Positions 1 to 12,871 are shown, counted from the first letter of the stretch. The stretch is 64,000 nt of DNA from Octopus bimaculoides (GCF_001194135.2 NC_068986.1:43865351-43929350), one strand, 5' to 3'. Made by a program: numbers and translations. Notes: a model not told the origin generated them from the letters alone.

Positions 1-816
1 TCACCAGACACAAGTGATTGCTTGCTGTAATAGTCTTTAAATTCAACCAAATCGTCCTAGCCTTTCCAAGCTATGTCCTTTCTCCTATGAAAAAACGATA
101 TATTATTAACAATGGATGATATAGCATTAAAGAATACTATATGTAGTTTACTTGTTGATCTACATCTTCGTTAATTAAATTTAATTTTCGCTAATCTAGA
201 ACTAAACACTGAATTCGTGTTCGCATTAGAAACCAAATGAAACGTGCTAATACAAAAAAATAATAATTACATTTGCCGTCTAGGTTAACAAATACTAAAT
301 TTAACTTAATTAGGAAAATATATTCTTTTCATGTAAATCTTTCAATAATAGTTCTTGACAATGTGCTAGCATTTAGACGTTTTCGTGTACATTAATATAT
401 AAAACCATTAATGTTTCTTTTAATGTATTATAGAGTAAATGATAATCACTAGAGAGTAGGTAGTGAGCAGCCGATGAGCTATTTCTAATAATTTGTTCGA
501 TTCTTGTTTTAAATCACTTCGTTTTTCTTAAGTTGCTCTTAGTCTTGAGAATGAGATGAATACTACGATTTTGGCATAGTACTTAAGAAATCAGTTTATT
601 CACTTTTGGCTGTGTCATTTTAGAAAATCATGTTATAGCAGATTATACACTTTATATCGCTGGAGTCAATAGTATATGTATTGTTGATGTATATCAATAA
701 TACTTATAATATCGATTCCAATTGATTTGATCGCATACTTATAGCGGTATGTGATCAAATGACCCGAGAGAAAACTTGAATGATTACAATGTTACTGCCC
801 TTGATATCAGCAATAA

Positions 817-2600
817 CACTGGTCAACAAAATTAAATGTATTAAACTCATTATGAATGGAAACCAACTTTTTTAGACCAATTTTTCATGCTGATTTCCAA
901 ATTTTACGCCATTTATATACAACACACATCAGTTTTTCAGTAGATACATGCAAATATTTACATATTTGTATATATGAAATCATTAACGTAATAAATAAGG
1001 ACATATTATTTTTAGAAATTAAATGAGTTTATAGAGTTAAAATCATCACTATCATTCTACAAAGAGTGAATATACAAAAAATGGGACAGACAAAACAAAG
1101 TTAGAACAACAGAGTTAGAAACATTATGATTTGGATTTCCTGCGGTGCTTCTGATCTGGTTGTTCACGGTAAAGTGTCAAGAGGTAGTCAGCCAGCATAC
1201 TGTCATTCCAGAAGCTTTGGTACCGTTTCTCCATAGCACTAATGTCCTGGTGAAATCTTTCACTATGTCCATCAGACACTGCTCAAAGGTTATCTGCGAA
1301 AAAAATCCAGATGGGAGTCCAAGAAGTGAACTTTCAGTGACATGCGACAACCCATTGCTGAGTACCATTTCAGAAGATTCATGATGCCATACTTGTAGTC
1401 CATTGCCTTCTTGTTGCCCGAGAAATTCTCACAGATCCAATTGAAAGCATTCCAGGCATGCAGTTCTAGTTCATCCAGTGTTGTCTTGAAGTTGACATAT
1501 TTGAGTACTTCTCTAATTTGGGGTCCGACAAAGATACTCTCTTTCAACTTCGCTTGTGTGATTTGGGGAAAACTTTCCTACAATATACTCAAACCCTCTG
1601 ACATTTTTCTTCCCTAGTGTCTTTACAAATTCTTTCATCAGTTCAAGTTTTATGTGCAAAGGGGACATTACATGGATCTACAAGAGGTGTATTCTTGATG
1701 CTAGATAGTCCTGGTTGGTATGATGTTCTTGTCTGCCAGTTTGATTCCAAATAATGTCTGTCAGTTGCCCGACTATCTCAAAGACACAAGATACAACAGT
1801 ATTTTGTGAAACTTAACTGCATTCCCATTAACATTCCAATGACTTTTAAATTTCTGCATATTTTCCGTGAATATCTTTCATAGGCAATAGCATGAAGTGA
1901 AAGTTCCATATTCTCATATGGTTGATGAAGATGAACGGAGTATGCAATAGAAATAGAGGGCTTCAAATTACCATTATGGAGAAGTACAGCTTTTAAACTT
2001 CGTTTTGAAGAGTCAATAAACAAACGCCACTCTGTAGAATCATGATTTTGGGATAAACATTCGAAAAGTTCATCGATGTTACTGCAAAAACAAAGTGAGC
2101 CTTCAACAGAAAAACACGTTTGTAGAACCACATTTCTCTGCTGAAAATAAGTTATACGAACACAATTCTCTAGCAGATACTGCTCTTTCTATCTTGATGC
2201 CAACAGTTCCGCTTTATCTTCTGAGAGGGATAGGTCTCTGACAAGGTTATTCAGTTCAGCTTGGGAAAATTTCCGAGGTTCAAAGCTATCGTCATCAGCC
2301 ACGTAATCTTTCTCAGCAGTGCTATCGTGACAGTCAGCATCATCTGATGTTTCAACACCATCATCTGGTGAAATTAGAATTGGCAGACTTCCATCGTGAG
2401 GCACAGGTCTCATTGCAAAATCCAAATTAGGATACACAATTTTGCGCTTATTCTTCATAGAAAATCCTGTGACATTTACTTTGCAAAAATAACAGTAATT
2501 AAAATACTCTTTCGGCTTCCTGCATACCATTGGAATGGCAAAAGGTATGGACTTCTTCTTATTGAACCAATCACGTAAGCCATTTGATAAATACTACTAC
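817..2600 (-). mobile_element. Chapaev3-like (CMC superfamily) DNA transposon, truncated on the transposase 5' side
   Basis: Terminus TAA|CACTGGTCAACAAAATT at 814-833 fits the CAC end and TWA target I recall for Chapaev3. Minus-strand transposase fragments follow. The second terminus was not found; a PLE abuts at about 2600. Confidence 0.6.
1124..2600 (-). pseudogene. Frameshifted, stop-containing DDE transposase (Chapaev3-like)
   Basis: Collinear fragments: LRDWFNKKKSIPFAIPMVCRKP..CYFCKVNVTG..YPNLDFAMRPVPH (2189-2600); WRLFIDSSKRSLKAVLLHNGN..TKYCCILCL (1778-2131); FVGPQIR..SLKVHFLDSHLDFF (1290-1547); VSDGHSERFHQDISAMEKRYQSFWNDSMLADY..RRKSKS* ending at 1124. Confidence 0.8.
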
Positions 2601-2609
2601 TGGATAGCA

Positions 2610-3603
2610 CAGGGTAAATCGGAAGGTGGGCGAGCTTTATTACTGTACTCTTCTACGTTCTTAACAGAATAGACCTGAAGCTGAGGCAGGATGCTCATGT
2701 AGGGGTAACACAACTTGTCCACTAAACGTCCACTGCAATACGAAAGCAGTTGTTTACGAGGCAGAAGTAACAACAAAGTGAGCTAGCTGAAACGTTAGCA
2801 CGCCGGGCGAAATGCTTAGCGGTATTTCGTCTGCCGCTACGTTCTGAGTTCAAATTCCACCGGGGTCGAATTTGCCTTTCAACCTTTCGGGGTCGATTAA
2901 ATAAGTACCAGTTACGCACTGGGGTCGATATGATCGACTTAATCCATTTGTCTGTCCTTGCTTGTCCCCTCTCTGTGTAACCCCTTGTGGGCAGTAAAGA
3001 AATAAGAAGTAACAACAACAGGACCCAATGGACAACCGAGCATGTGGAAGTATGTGGGGGCAACGGAAGGCCCCCTCAGAACCCGTTTTAATAACCACAA
3101 GTCCACATTCAACATCCCAGAAAGACGTAACGCCACAACCCTAGCCAAGCACCTCTGGACTTTGAAAGTCCAGCATAAAGTGTAAGATCCTAGAAATATG
3201 CAAACCGTACTTCAATAGTAGCAGGAAGTGCAGATTATTCCTGGCTGAGAAAAGAGCGATTTTTAAAGGTACCCAACGCCCGGGTGTTTATCTGAATAGC
3301 AGGAGTGAAGTGTTTAATCCTTGCCCGCATGAAAGGAAGTACATTTTATCGTACCTGCGCGCCCCACCATGACTGCAACCACAGGTCCCCTGCCTCAACC
3401 TTCTGCAAACGATATCCAACCAAGGGACATAACTCCTAAACTAATCCCCTGACCCCTTTTTCGTTCTTTTCGTTCCACCACCTTTCTCACAACAACCGCT
3501 GACCGGTTGTGCTGATCCGCCACCGACAATAAAGAGCAGTCGCCATATTCCCTTCCATATCGGTGTTAACTCTGATGAACCTAAAGTTATATAATTAGTT
3601 TGT
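2610..3603 (+). mobile_element. Penelope-like element 3' portion: Cys-rich linker plus GIY-YIG endonuclease and 3' UTR, interrupted by a SINE
   Basis: After removing the SINE at 2777-3005 the frame reads CSCRGNTTCPLNVHCNTKAVVYEAEVT..KYVGATEGPLRTRFNNHKSTF..TTLAKHLW, then KPYFNSSRKCRLFLAEK and LNSRSEVFNPCPHERKY. It runs into the gap at 3604. Confidence 0.8.
2777..3005 (+). mobile_element. tRNA-derived SINE (family A here) inserted in the PLE
   Basis: GAGCTAGCTGAAACGTTAGCACGCCGGGCGAAATGC..GAGTTCAAATTCC head, shared with copies at about 5549, 21415, 42870 and 44870. TSD GAAGTAACAACAA at 2764-2776 and 3006-3018. Confidence 0.85.
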
Positions 3604-4450
3604 NNNNNNNNNNNNNNNNNNNNNNNNNNNNNNNNNNNNNNNNNNNNNNNNNNNNNNNNNNNNNNNNNNNNNNNNNNNNNNNNNNNNNNNNNNNNNNNNN
3701 NNNNNNNNNNNNNNNNNNNNNNNNNNNNNNNNNNNNNNNNNNNNNNNNNNNNNNNNNNNNNNNNNNNNNNNNNNNNNNNNNNNNNNNNNNNNNNNNNNNN
3801 NNNNNNNNNNNNNNNNNNNNNNNNNNNNNNNNNNNNNNNNNNNNNNNNNNNNNNNNNNNNNNNNNNNNNNNNNNNNNNNNNNNNNNNNNNNNNNNNNNNN
3901 NNNNNNNNNNNNNNNNNNNNNNNNNNNNNNNNNNNNNNNNNNNNNNNNNNNNNNNNNNNNNNNNNNNNNNNNNNNNNNNNNNNNNNNNNNNNNNNNNNNN
4001 NNNNNNNNNNNNNNNNNNNNNNNNNNNNNNNNNNNNNNNNNNNNNNNNNNNNNNNNNNNNNNNNNNNNNNNNNNNNNNNNNNNNNNNNNNNNNNNNNNNN
4101 NNNNNNNNNNNNNNNNNNNNNNNNNNNNNNNNNNNNNNNNNNNNNNNNNNNNNNNNNNNNNNNNNNNNNNNNNNNNNNNNNNNNNNNNNNNNNNNNNNNN
4201 NNNNNNNNNNNNNNNNNNNNNNNNNNNNNNNNNNNNNNNNNNNNNNNNNNNNNNNNNNNNNNNNNNNNNNNNNNNNNNNNNNNNNNNNNNNNNNNNNNNN
4301 NNNNNNNNNNNNNNNNNNNNNNNNNNNNNNNNNNNNNNNNNNNNNNNNNNNNNNNNNNNNNNNNNNNNNNNNNNNNNNNNNNNNNNNNNNNNNNNNNNNN
4401 NNNNNNNNNNNNNNNNNNNNNNNNNNNNNNNNNNNNNNNNNNNNNNNNNN

Positions 4451-4510
<60 letters not shown>

Positions 4511-5548
4511 GAAATATTTAATGAGACTGTTTTTCATACATGAACTCTTTTGACCTTCGACCGGATAGAGTCAGCTGTTTCTTTTTAAAATAGCTATACC
4601 AGAATATAGCTCTCATGGAAAAATATTCTACAGAAGGCGAAATGAGAACAATATAATAATGGAGGTTTTTTTTCTGTTCATTGAAATGGTTATCTTTTTT
4701 TATATTATAAAATATCAAATAGGAACCCAGTATCGTTAGAAAAACATATCTCCTCCTTGCAAAAGCTATCACTCCGAAGCAACCGATCTGGAAAAATAGG
4801 TTCTAGAAAACAAAAAAAAATACTTAAATGTTTCTGTGTTTACTTGTGTTTTTTAATTTTCTGTTTAGCAATACATATTCAACATTAAAATAATTGAATA
4901 TGTAATATGATATTTTACCGAGCTCTTTCATTTTTTTTTCCTCGCCTTTACTGCAATAGATTCGTGGGCGTTATAAGATTGGATGAAAATAAACCTTTGA
5001 ACAATAGCAGCTATCATAAATATTAAAAAAAATAAGAACAGCATAAATTATTGTTGTTATAAGGAAATGAAAAATTATTACAAAATATTACAAAAAGTAA
5101 AATAAATAAAGTTTTACAACGAAAAGTAAATTTAGAGTATTGCTGAAATTGTTGCTGCCAAAACCTAACTATTGACACCTTCTACAGAGTGATTTTAACC
5201 AAGAAATGTTGTTTGGGGATAAAATTAATCAAAGCATTTGAATACTTCTCCATACAGAATTCACTTTATAGCCGAGTTTTGTACAAAGAAAGAAATAACT
5301 CAATACAATTTATATCCCCTGTGGTTTGTTTTTGTTTTCATGCAAATAACATTACCTATCGAGCGTTGTTTTATTTTCTTCTGTTTATTTTGAATGTCAC
5401 TTGTAGCATAATTTGCACATGAAATACAGCAGCACGTTAGAATAATTGAGGTTTAATATTTCCTGGAAATAGAGACTTGCAGTATCCACGCAAAGCATTA
5501 GCAACATAGTTCTAAGATGAGGTTCCAATTCCGGCTGCAATCGTATAT

Positions 5549-5773
5549 GCCAATTGCTTTGAATTTTGGCACAAGACAAACAGTTTTAGGTTTGGAGAAT
5601 ATTAGCCGATTATATCGACCCCAGTACTAAACTGGTACTTTATTTTATCGACCTTGGAAGGGCGAAAGGCAAAGATAAACTCGGTGAAATTTGAATTCAG
5701 AAGCGTAAAGAGCCGGAAGAAATACCGCTAGGCATTTTGTTCGAGGCGCTAACGACTCTGCCAGCTCGCCGCC
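5549..5773 (-). mobile_element. SINE family A copy
   Basis: Reverse complement begins GGCGGCGAGCTGGCAGAGTCGTTAGCG and has the GAATTCAAATTTC B-box region and the GTCGATAAAATAAAGTACCAGT body seen in other copies. Confidence 0.8.
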
Positions 5774-6279
5774 TTTGCTTTTATTAATATTGAAATATTT
5801 AGCGGGACAGTTTGTTTTGTTTTGTTTGGGTTCTTTAATGAATTCTTTCGATATGCAAAGGAATATAGTCAGCAATGTGTGCCCTCCACAGCACCCACCA
5901 AACCATTAGCTATCTTAGAACCAAGAACAAAAAAGAAAAAGCTTTTACACAATCATTCGGCCAGCTAGAAATGGCAGTAAAATTCCCTCAAATCACATCT
6001 CCGGAAGAAAGACAACTTTGGACAATGTAGTTCCAAACATACAAAAAAAAATTTTACCGCTGGAATATTTTTGCTCATAGGACTGCTCAATTATAGATGA
6101 CCTGGGGTTAAACAAGAACAAGCGTAGAATAAAGAAAAACAACTATAAATTACAGAGTAAGTAGTTATTGGTGTTTAGACCCAGGTCAGATCTGATCAAG
6201 CATACCTCTGATAAAAAGTGTTCCATGTATAACCAATCTGTCTTTTCTTTGAAATAGTCGATCTACGACTACATTATCC

Positions 6280-6596
6280 TATTGTAGTGAAAATGGTACT
6301 CCACTTCCCACGTGACAAAGAGGTATGGTTCAGCCACTTATAAAGTCAGTCGTTGTAGGACGTCAGTAGTAGAAGATTCATTGTACGAGTTCTCAGTCGG
6401 AGTCAGTGTCAGTTACGTGATATTTACAAGTCATTCTCAGTTTCAAAGTCATTGTCTTGCGGAGCAATCAGCGGTGGCACGATACACGAGTCGAAGATAA
6501 TAAGAAGCGGAATACTGCCACAACATAATAGTGGCAACAAGAATATTACAGTGCCGACAATAACATGCAAGTGGACGAGGATCTCACAACGTGACA
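6280..6596 (+). repeat. 5' LTR of the Mag-like element
   Basis: Direct repeat of 8047-8361 (TGTAGTG.AAATGGTACTCC.CTTCCCACGTGACAAAG..GTGGACGAGGATC). The initial TGT has become TAT. Confidence 0.85.
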
Positions 6597-8046
6597 GTGG
6601 CGACAAGGATATAAACAATTCACGCAAACGACGTTGAAAAAGTTTTCACGCAGAGAAATTCAAAGCTCGACAGAGGAGTAACAAACATTGTTGTACATAT
6701 TTTACGAAGAATCCGTAAAATTATAGAAAACATGTTAGAGGGTCTAGTTTAGTTGCAAAAACTGCAACAGCAACAACAGAACAAAAATACTCGCAGAGCT
6801 GAAAATGAACCAGGATATAATCTCCAGAAACTGTCAGTAGAGTACGATATGATATTAAAAGTAAGGCGTGACACAGATGAAATCCAACGCAGAGATTGTT
6901 TACAAATAAAACCAGTGTCGAAGAGTAGGAAGACGGACAAAGTATTTCACAAGAGATAAACCCAGGTATGGCATGCTGTAGTAGACACCTGAGAAAAGCG
7001 TGTCTGTTCAAAAAAGCAAAGTGTTTTCGTTGTGGGAACACAGGACACATTAAATCGCACTGCAGAACTAAGATGACAAAAAATTAGACCAAGCGAGAAA
7101 AAATAAATAGTTTGTCATCAGAGAACAGAAAATTCAAGACGAGATTCAAAACCACTGGTGTCAAAATGCAATTAGACACGGATAGTGACATTACTATCAT
7201 AAATGAAGAAATATAGCGGCAAATCGGTAAACCAAAAATATTTAAATCAAATGAAGTGTCATATGGTGTTACAGGAAAGAAATTATATTTCATCAGCAAA
7301 TGTATTTACAATCTAATTTTTCGAGGCGAAACGAAAAGGACAATCAATTATGTGTTGAAAAAATCGCTAAACCCATTTGGCACAGAATGCATGTAGTTAT
7401 TTAAAATATGGGATATCCCCATTAGTGTTCTCTGTGAAAATGTAGCCGGTACGGTTAAAAGTTCGAATGAAGTCGAACAACTGAGACAAAAATTTTTAAT
7501 TATTTCCAAATGTTTTTTTTTTCTTCTTTTTTGAGGGATTAGGCTGTTGCACTAAAACAAACTCGAGAATCGCGCTAATAGAAAAGACAACACCTGTTTT
7601 TAGGTCCTAACGGAACGTGCGGTTTGCGGTGTTGGACCAGGTCAATAAAGAGTTAGAAAGACTAGAAAGTCTAGCTATAATTGAAAAAGTCAACCATTCA
7701 GTACGGGAAAGAACGCAAAATTACAAAGTACATAGGGAAAATGATTACTGAATTAAAAGCAGAAAAGGTATTGAAAAAGACACAGAAACCAATTGAAGAG
7801 ATTCATAGAAAATGAACCAGACAGATTAGAACCTATGGAATGACTATATGACACATTCCGGGTACCAACACCGTTACAGGTGTTTGAACCCATGCGTATA
7901 AGTGGAAGAAAAAGAACGCAGAGTTCCTACAAATAAACGCTAAAAAGAAAACATATTAAAATGAAAAAAAAACGCAAAAAGGGAGACAGGGTGAATAAAG
8001 TAAAATAAAATTACTTGCTAACGAAAGAAAAAACTAAAAGGGGAGA

Positions 8047-8361
8047 TGTTGTAGTGGAAATGGTACTCCCCTTCCCACGTGACAAAGTGATATTATAAAG
8101 CCATTATAAAGTCAAACAGTCAGTCGTTGTAGAAAGTCAGTAGTAGTAGTAGAGTCGTTGTATGAGTTCTCAGTTGGAGTCAGTGTCTCTTAAGTCAAGG
8201 TAGACGTTTCAAAGTCATTGTCTTGCAGAGCTATCATCAATAGCACGATACACGAGTCGAAGGTAATAAGACGCGGAATATAGCCACAACATAATAGTGG
8301 CGACAAGAATATTACAATGCCGACAATATCATACAAGTGGACGAGGATCCACTTTATAACA
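8047..8361 (+). repeat. 3' LTR of the Mag-like element
   Basis: Follows the polypurine tract, ends in ACA and is followed by the TSD TATCC. Confidence 0.85.
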
Positions 8362-10052
8362 TATCCAAAGTGGTTTTCCTTATTAAAGTCGGTAGAGTGC
8401 GATTTAAGGGAGATTTTGCTTGTTATTTCGAGCAGCTAATTCAAATTCCGTTTGGGTCAGCAGAATTAACAATTTGTGTTGTAACGAGTTGGATAGAAAG
8501 CATAAGAAAAATTTTCCTTTGTTGTATATTGTGCGTATATAGAATGTATTGTATTATTTAGGCAAATTAGTTTTCTGAAGGATGTTTAGATTAACATTTT
8601 AAGTTGAGCATCTCTCTGGCGAATTACCCGGCGTGAAACGTCAGTTTCTGTTACTTTGTACATCACACTTCTGACATTACAGAATTTAAGCAATAATTAT
8701 GATAATGAAGATGACTAATTTAATGAGATGTTGAAGCAATCGCCATATTATTATTGGCAGCATCAATAGTGAATCAGAACGTAAAAGAGACGTAACTAAA
8801 TACTTGCTTTGTGACATTATGTCTCTTTGCATTCGAAGTTCAAATCTCACTTAGGTCAACATTATCTTTCATCCTTCCTGGTGCCGATAAAAAAATGTAC
8901 CAGCCAAATGTTGGGTTGATATAATCGATTTTACACTCCAATAAAATTTTATGACCTTGCCTGTATGATAGAAATATTTGTGTTTTACTAATGCTGTACT
9001 AAAGATTAAATCATTGCTATTATGTTAAATTGTCGTATGTCCAAATTTGATCAAATGCGTTTTTTGAATATTTATTTTTGCTTGCAATAGCCGATTCTGT
9101 TGGTCAAACTATCGTATCTCCAGCTGCTTCAGATGCCAAGATATGAAAATTGTCAAAGTGTAGTACAACGGTTTTGCTAACGTAAAAAAAATAGAAATGG
9201 AATGGTGAAACTATTTTTTCGTTTTCTGAAAAAGCAACGTTTTGGATTTACGACACTTTTGCATAATAGGAACGAAATGCATTTACGAATCAACACTCGT
9301 ATAGCTAACACACTCACTCGTTTATTTCACCTGAATTATTTACAATGATTGATTTCTTTTATGACACAAGATCACATAAATTTTGGGGTACTCAAAGGCT
9401 TCAAATTCAAAACATAATGTGATAAAGCTAGATACTGTTTAGGATTTTTTCTTCTTTATCCTCTCCCGTTTCTAACACCTTCACAGTGTTCAGAATTTAT
9501 ATAATAATAGTTTTTTAAATATATAAATTGTATCCATTTCTTTAGAATCGTATACGCATTTATCCTGAAAGAACATACAAGAAATTTGAAAGCAAAATAC
9601 TAAGGTACTGAGCAGTTTACGATCGTTCAAAATGTCTGCATATAAACTGTATGTTTAATCAAAACGTATTTTCTATAAGATTCCTACTATATAAGAAGAA
9701 AAGGTGAAGAGAAAATAAGGATATTCATCAATGCAATGTAACAGAATATAACGGAATGCTTATCACTTATACAAAGTCTACGTTACAGCAGTCAGTTGCG
9801 ACGCCTCTTGTTATTCAATATAGAGCGTTAAATTCACAGTAGACGCATTTCTGCCAAAGTATGTTACTTTAAGCGAGTATAAGTAATGGAGATGTGTTCT
9901 TCTATGAGAAGTAGCATGAAATACTGATAAATAGTACCATTAACTAAACTTTCTTAACCAGACACATTTGAATTTGGTTATTACTAAGCAGATATTCCTA
10001 TAATCTTAGGAAATGAGAGGAGACGCTAGGATGTTAGTACCATCAACAATGA

Positions 10053-10066
10053 GTTGCTATGGTAAC
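10053..10066. promoter_or_regulatory. RFX X-box motif GTTGCTATGGTAAC
   Basis: Exact match to the canonical 14-bp RFX palindrome GTTRCYATGGYAAC. Function not shown. Confidence 0.5.
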
Positions 10067-10249
10067 TTACTAGGAAATTCCTTTATCAAAAACATGTAAT
10101 CGTAAGGGCTATAAATATACTAAGAAAAGTTGTTACTAACAAAATACTATGAAAAATACAATGCCGTTGAACAAGAACATACTGTAAAAGTACAATGAAA
10201 AGCGCTTCAGAATGCCATTGCCAAGATTATTATATAATAATATAAGAAG

Positions 10250-10900
10250 TTTACTTCCTTCCTCTCCTTCAGTAATTTCTAACTCCCTTGACTTACACTA
10301 ACTCTGACGACTCCACCACTTTTTTAGATATCTCTGTTCCCATTAACCGTTTCTATTACTCTGTGGCTGTCTTTTACCTACACATCGACTCTCTGTATCA
10401 TTGATTTGCTATGCTTCTTAAACGAAATCCACTGTCCCATTTTGACAGTTCCTTTATCTTCACCGATTCCGTAACCGAATCCTGACATCGGAGCTAGGTC
10501 GCACCAGCTGACTTCTTTTTCACTCGAGATTACCTACAATCTGTCGCCGACGCAGTTTTTCAATGAGCCCAAGCCGTCGATCGCATCCTGTATTCCCGTC
10601 TTTCTTCGCCCCATCTCCCAACCGCATTCTTTTCCTCTCAATTTTCATCCTACCACTCTGCATCTATTACATATTCTCACATCGTTCTCCATTTAACATA
10701 GTAACTGGTCCCACTCTCCTCCTCCAGATACAATTATAACATAGCACCTACTCGTCGAAATTTCCTTCGCAGCTGGTTACACTCAATCTGCAATGCCAGC
10801 CTGCTTCCGCTCGTTATAACACATATCCTTTCATTCGTAATAACACTACTTTACGCTGCTCTTTATCCACCTTCCAAGTTGTCGGGCACTTTATCTTCTA
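10250..10900 (+). mobile_element. Degenerate Penelope-like reverse transcriptase (C-terminal/thumb) fragment
   Basis: Broken frames give FLDISVPI, PF*QFLYLHRFRNR and PLNFHPTT, matching the PLE RT pattern FLD.SV..PFSQFLRLRRIC..RGYP..LTFHP. Confidence 0.6.
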
Positions 10901-10942
10901 GATCATTCCATGTTGCTTATTTCATCAAATATATATGCAGAA

Positions 10943-10979
<37 letters not shown>

Positions 10980-12871
10980 NNNNNNNNNNNNNNNNNNNNN
11001 NNNNNNNNNNNNNNNNNNNNNNNNNNNNNNNNNNNNNNNNNNNNNNNNNNNNNNNNNNNNNNNNNNNNNNNNNNNNNNNNNNNNNNNNNNNNNNNNNNNN
11101 NNNNNNNNNNNNNNNNNNNNNNNNNNNNNNNNNNNNNNNNNNNNNNNNNNNNNNNNNNNNNNNNNNNNNNNNNNNNNNNNNNNNNNNNNNNNNNNNNNNN
11201 NNNNNNNNNNNNNNNNNNNNNNNNNNNNNNNNNNNNNNNNNNNNNNNNNNNNNNNNNNNNNNNNNNNNNNNNNNNNNNNNNNNNNNNNNNNNNNNNNNNN
11301 NNNNNNNNNNNNNNNNNNNNNNNNNNNNNNNNNNNNNNNNNNNNNNNNNNNNNNNNNNNNNNNNNNNNNNNNNNNNNNNNNNNNNNNNNNNNATATATAT
11401 ATATATATATATAAACAATATATGAGTATATGCATATATATGTACATGTATGTATATACCTTCATCCACATGTACATATAGATACATAACAGGGTACATG
11501 ACGTGGCAAAAGAACATGGACAAAATGGTAAACAAGGTGCAACAAACAAGCAGGCCACATAGAAACATCCCCTTCATCAGCTGCCACCATTAAAACCCCG
11601 GCGTTTCGAAATTTATCTGTAAATATAATATGTGACAATTATTCGGTAGCCATGTTAAAACTTTGAATTTTAAATAACTGTTAAAAAGAGAAGAATAACA
11701 GCCAATCGGCAGACGCAAAAGCGCATGCCAATGAACAATCACAAGCATGAGACCACAACTATACAAACGAATATAAATATATCTCAAATAACAATGTTGT
11801 AACAATTCTCACCAAAAGATCGTAGTGGCGTGAAACCTCAAGTCGCGAAATAAAAATTCAGTTATAATTAATAAATGCTTGTGGGTATTTATATACACAT
11901 GCAGAAATGTGCGCACTCATATATCGAAACTGGATATATATATTTGTATAACAATGCTGGTACTACTTAGTACTCTCTGTCACTTTAGTGACGTCTATAA
12001 TTTTGCCTTTAGGTTGTTAAATTGCTATGTGTGTGTGTGTATATGTATGCGTAACAATTTAATGAAAGTGATATTCTATTTTTCTACTTTTCTCTGTCTC
12101 TTCTTTAAATAATGTTTGTGGAATAAAGAAAATGATTAAGAGAAGTCACGTAAGAAGATAAGTTAGTGATTAATTTGTGGCCTAGAAAATATTTTCGATT
12201 ATTTTAACTATATCACAGTTCTAGAAACGACAATCAATGTGACGTTATTCCAAACTAGAGATAACGAAAGTTCTCTCGCAGCTTTATTCCATTATTTGTT
12301 TATACACTGTCCAACACGTCAACAATAAAAGATAAAGGGATTATCGTGACTGTGGAGATAAGTTAATAAATATTCTACTGATTTATCCGAGGAAAACTTT
12401 CAGTGATTTTACTCGAGGGTTATGAGAATTATTATTCCAACAGCCTACAGTAATGCAAAAGGAGATAAAGATAACATAGGTAACTTTGAAAGGTAATCTG
12501 AAGAATAGGTACTACAAAGAAGAATTAACGAACAGCAGCTGTAATTATCAGAATCAATCTTCAGAACCATTAAACATTAATTATTTGAAAGATTTGCGGA
12601 GGCCGTAAGGTATTGGTGATACCCTCTACTGTGATTTTTGACCGACACACTTAAAGTTTCGCTGACGGTGTGTAATATAGAAAGTGCTAAATAGAAAATA
12701 CGCCCAGGCGTAACCTATCGATGTAAGTGGCAGAAGAACAGTATGATTTTTTCGAGTGTTGCGTTAATGTACTATGCTAGGTTCAAATCACGTCATAAAT
12801 GTAACTAAGCAGCACTAATCTCCAATAGATGATTACGAAATATCAAGCGATTTACTCCTTCTTACAATTTC

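Larger units (their letters stand above)
6280..8361 (+). mobile_element. Internally deleted Ty3/Gypsy LTR retrotransposon (Mag-like) with two LTRs
   Basis: LTRs at 6280-6596 and 8047-8361 are similar direct repeats; the 3' LTR runs TGTTGT..ATAACA. TSD TATCC at 6275-6279 and 8362-8366. PBS-like GTGGCGACAAGGAT at 6597-6610. PPT AAAAGGGGAGA ends at 8046. Gag double knuckle ACCSRHLRKACLFKKAKCFRCGNTGHIKSHCR at about 6970-7070; protease remnant QLDTDSDITIINEE at about 7170-7210. Confidence 0.85.

Noticed and set aside
2722-3148. Overlapping ORFs at 2722-3063, 2850-3098 and 2939-3148, and similar ones at 42859-43161 and 44148-44426
   Set aside because: They are chance frames through SINE or antisense PLE sequence.
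6511-6610. 20-bp periodic units as a CRISPR-like array
   Set aside because: Eukaryotic context, no unique spacers, no cas genes. The units are explained as part of an LTR.
8611-8650. Hammerhead-like CTGGCGA..GAAACGTC
   Set aside because: The core is mutated, stem II does not pair and stem I has only 2 bp. At best an unrecognisable relic.
11560-11615. Minus-strand GAAAC..CTGATGA (possible permuted hammerhead)
   Set aside because: No NUH is positioned correctly and the stems cannot be closed in type II or III topology.
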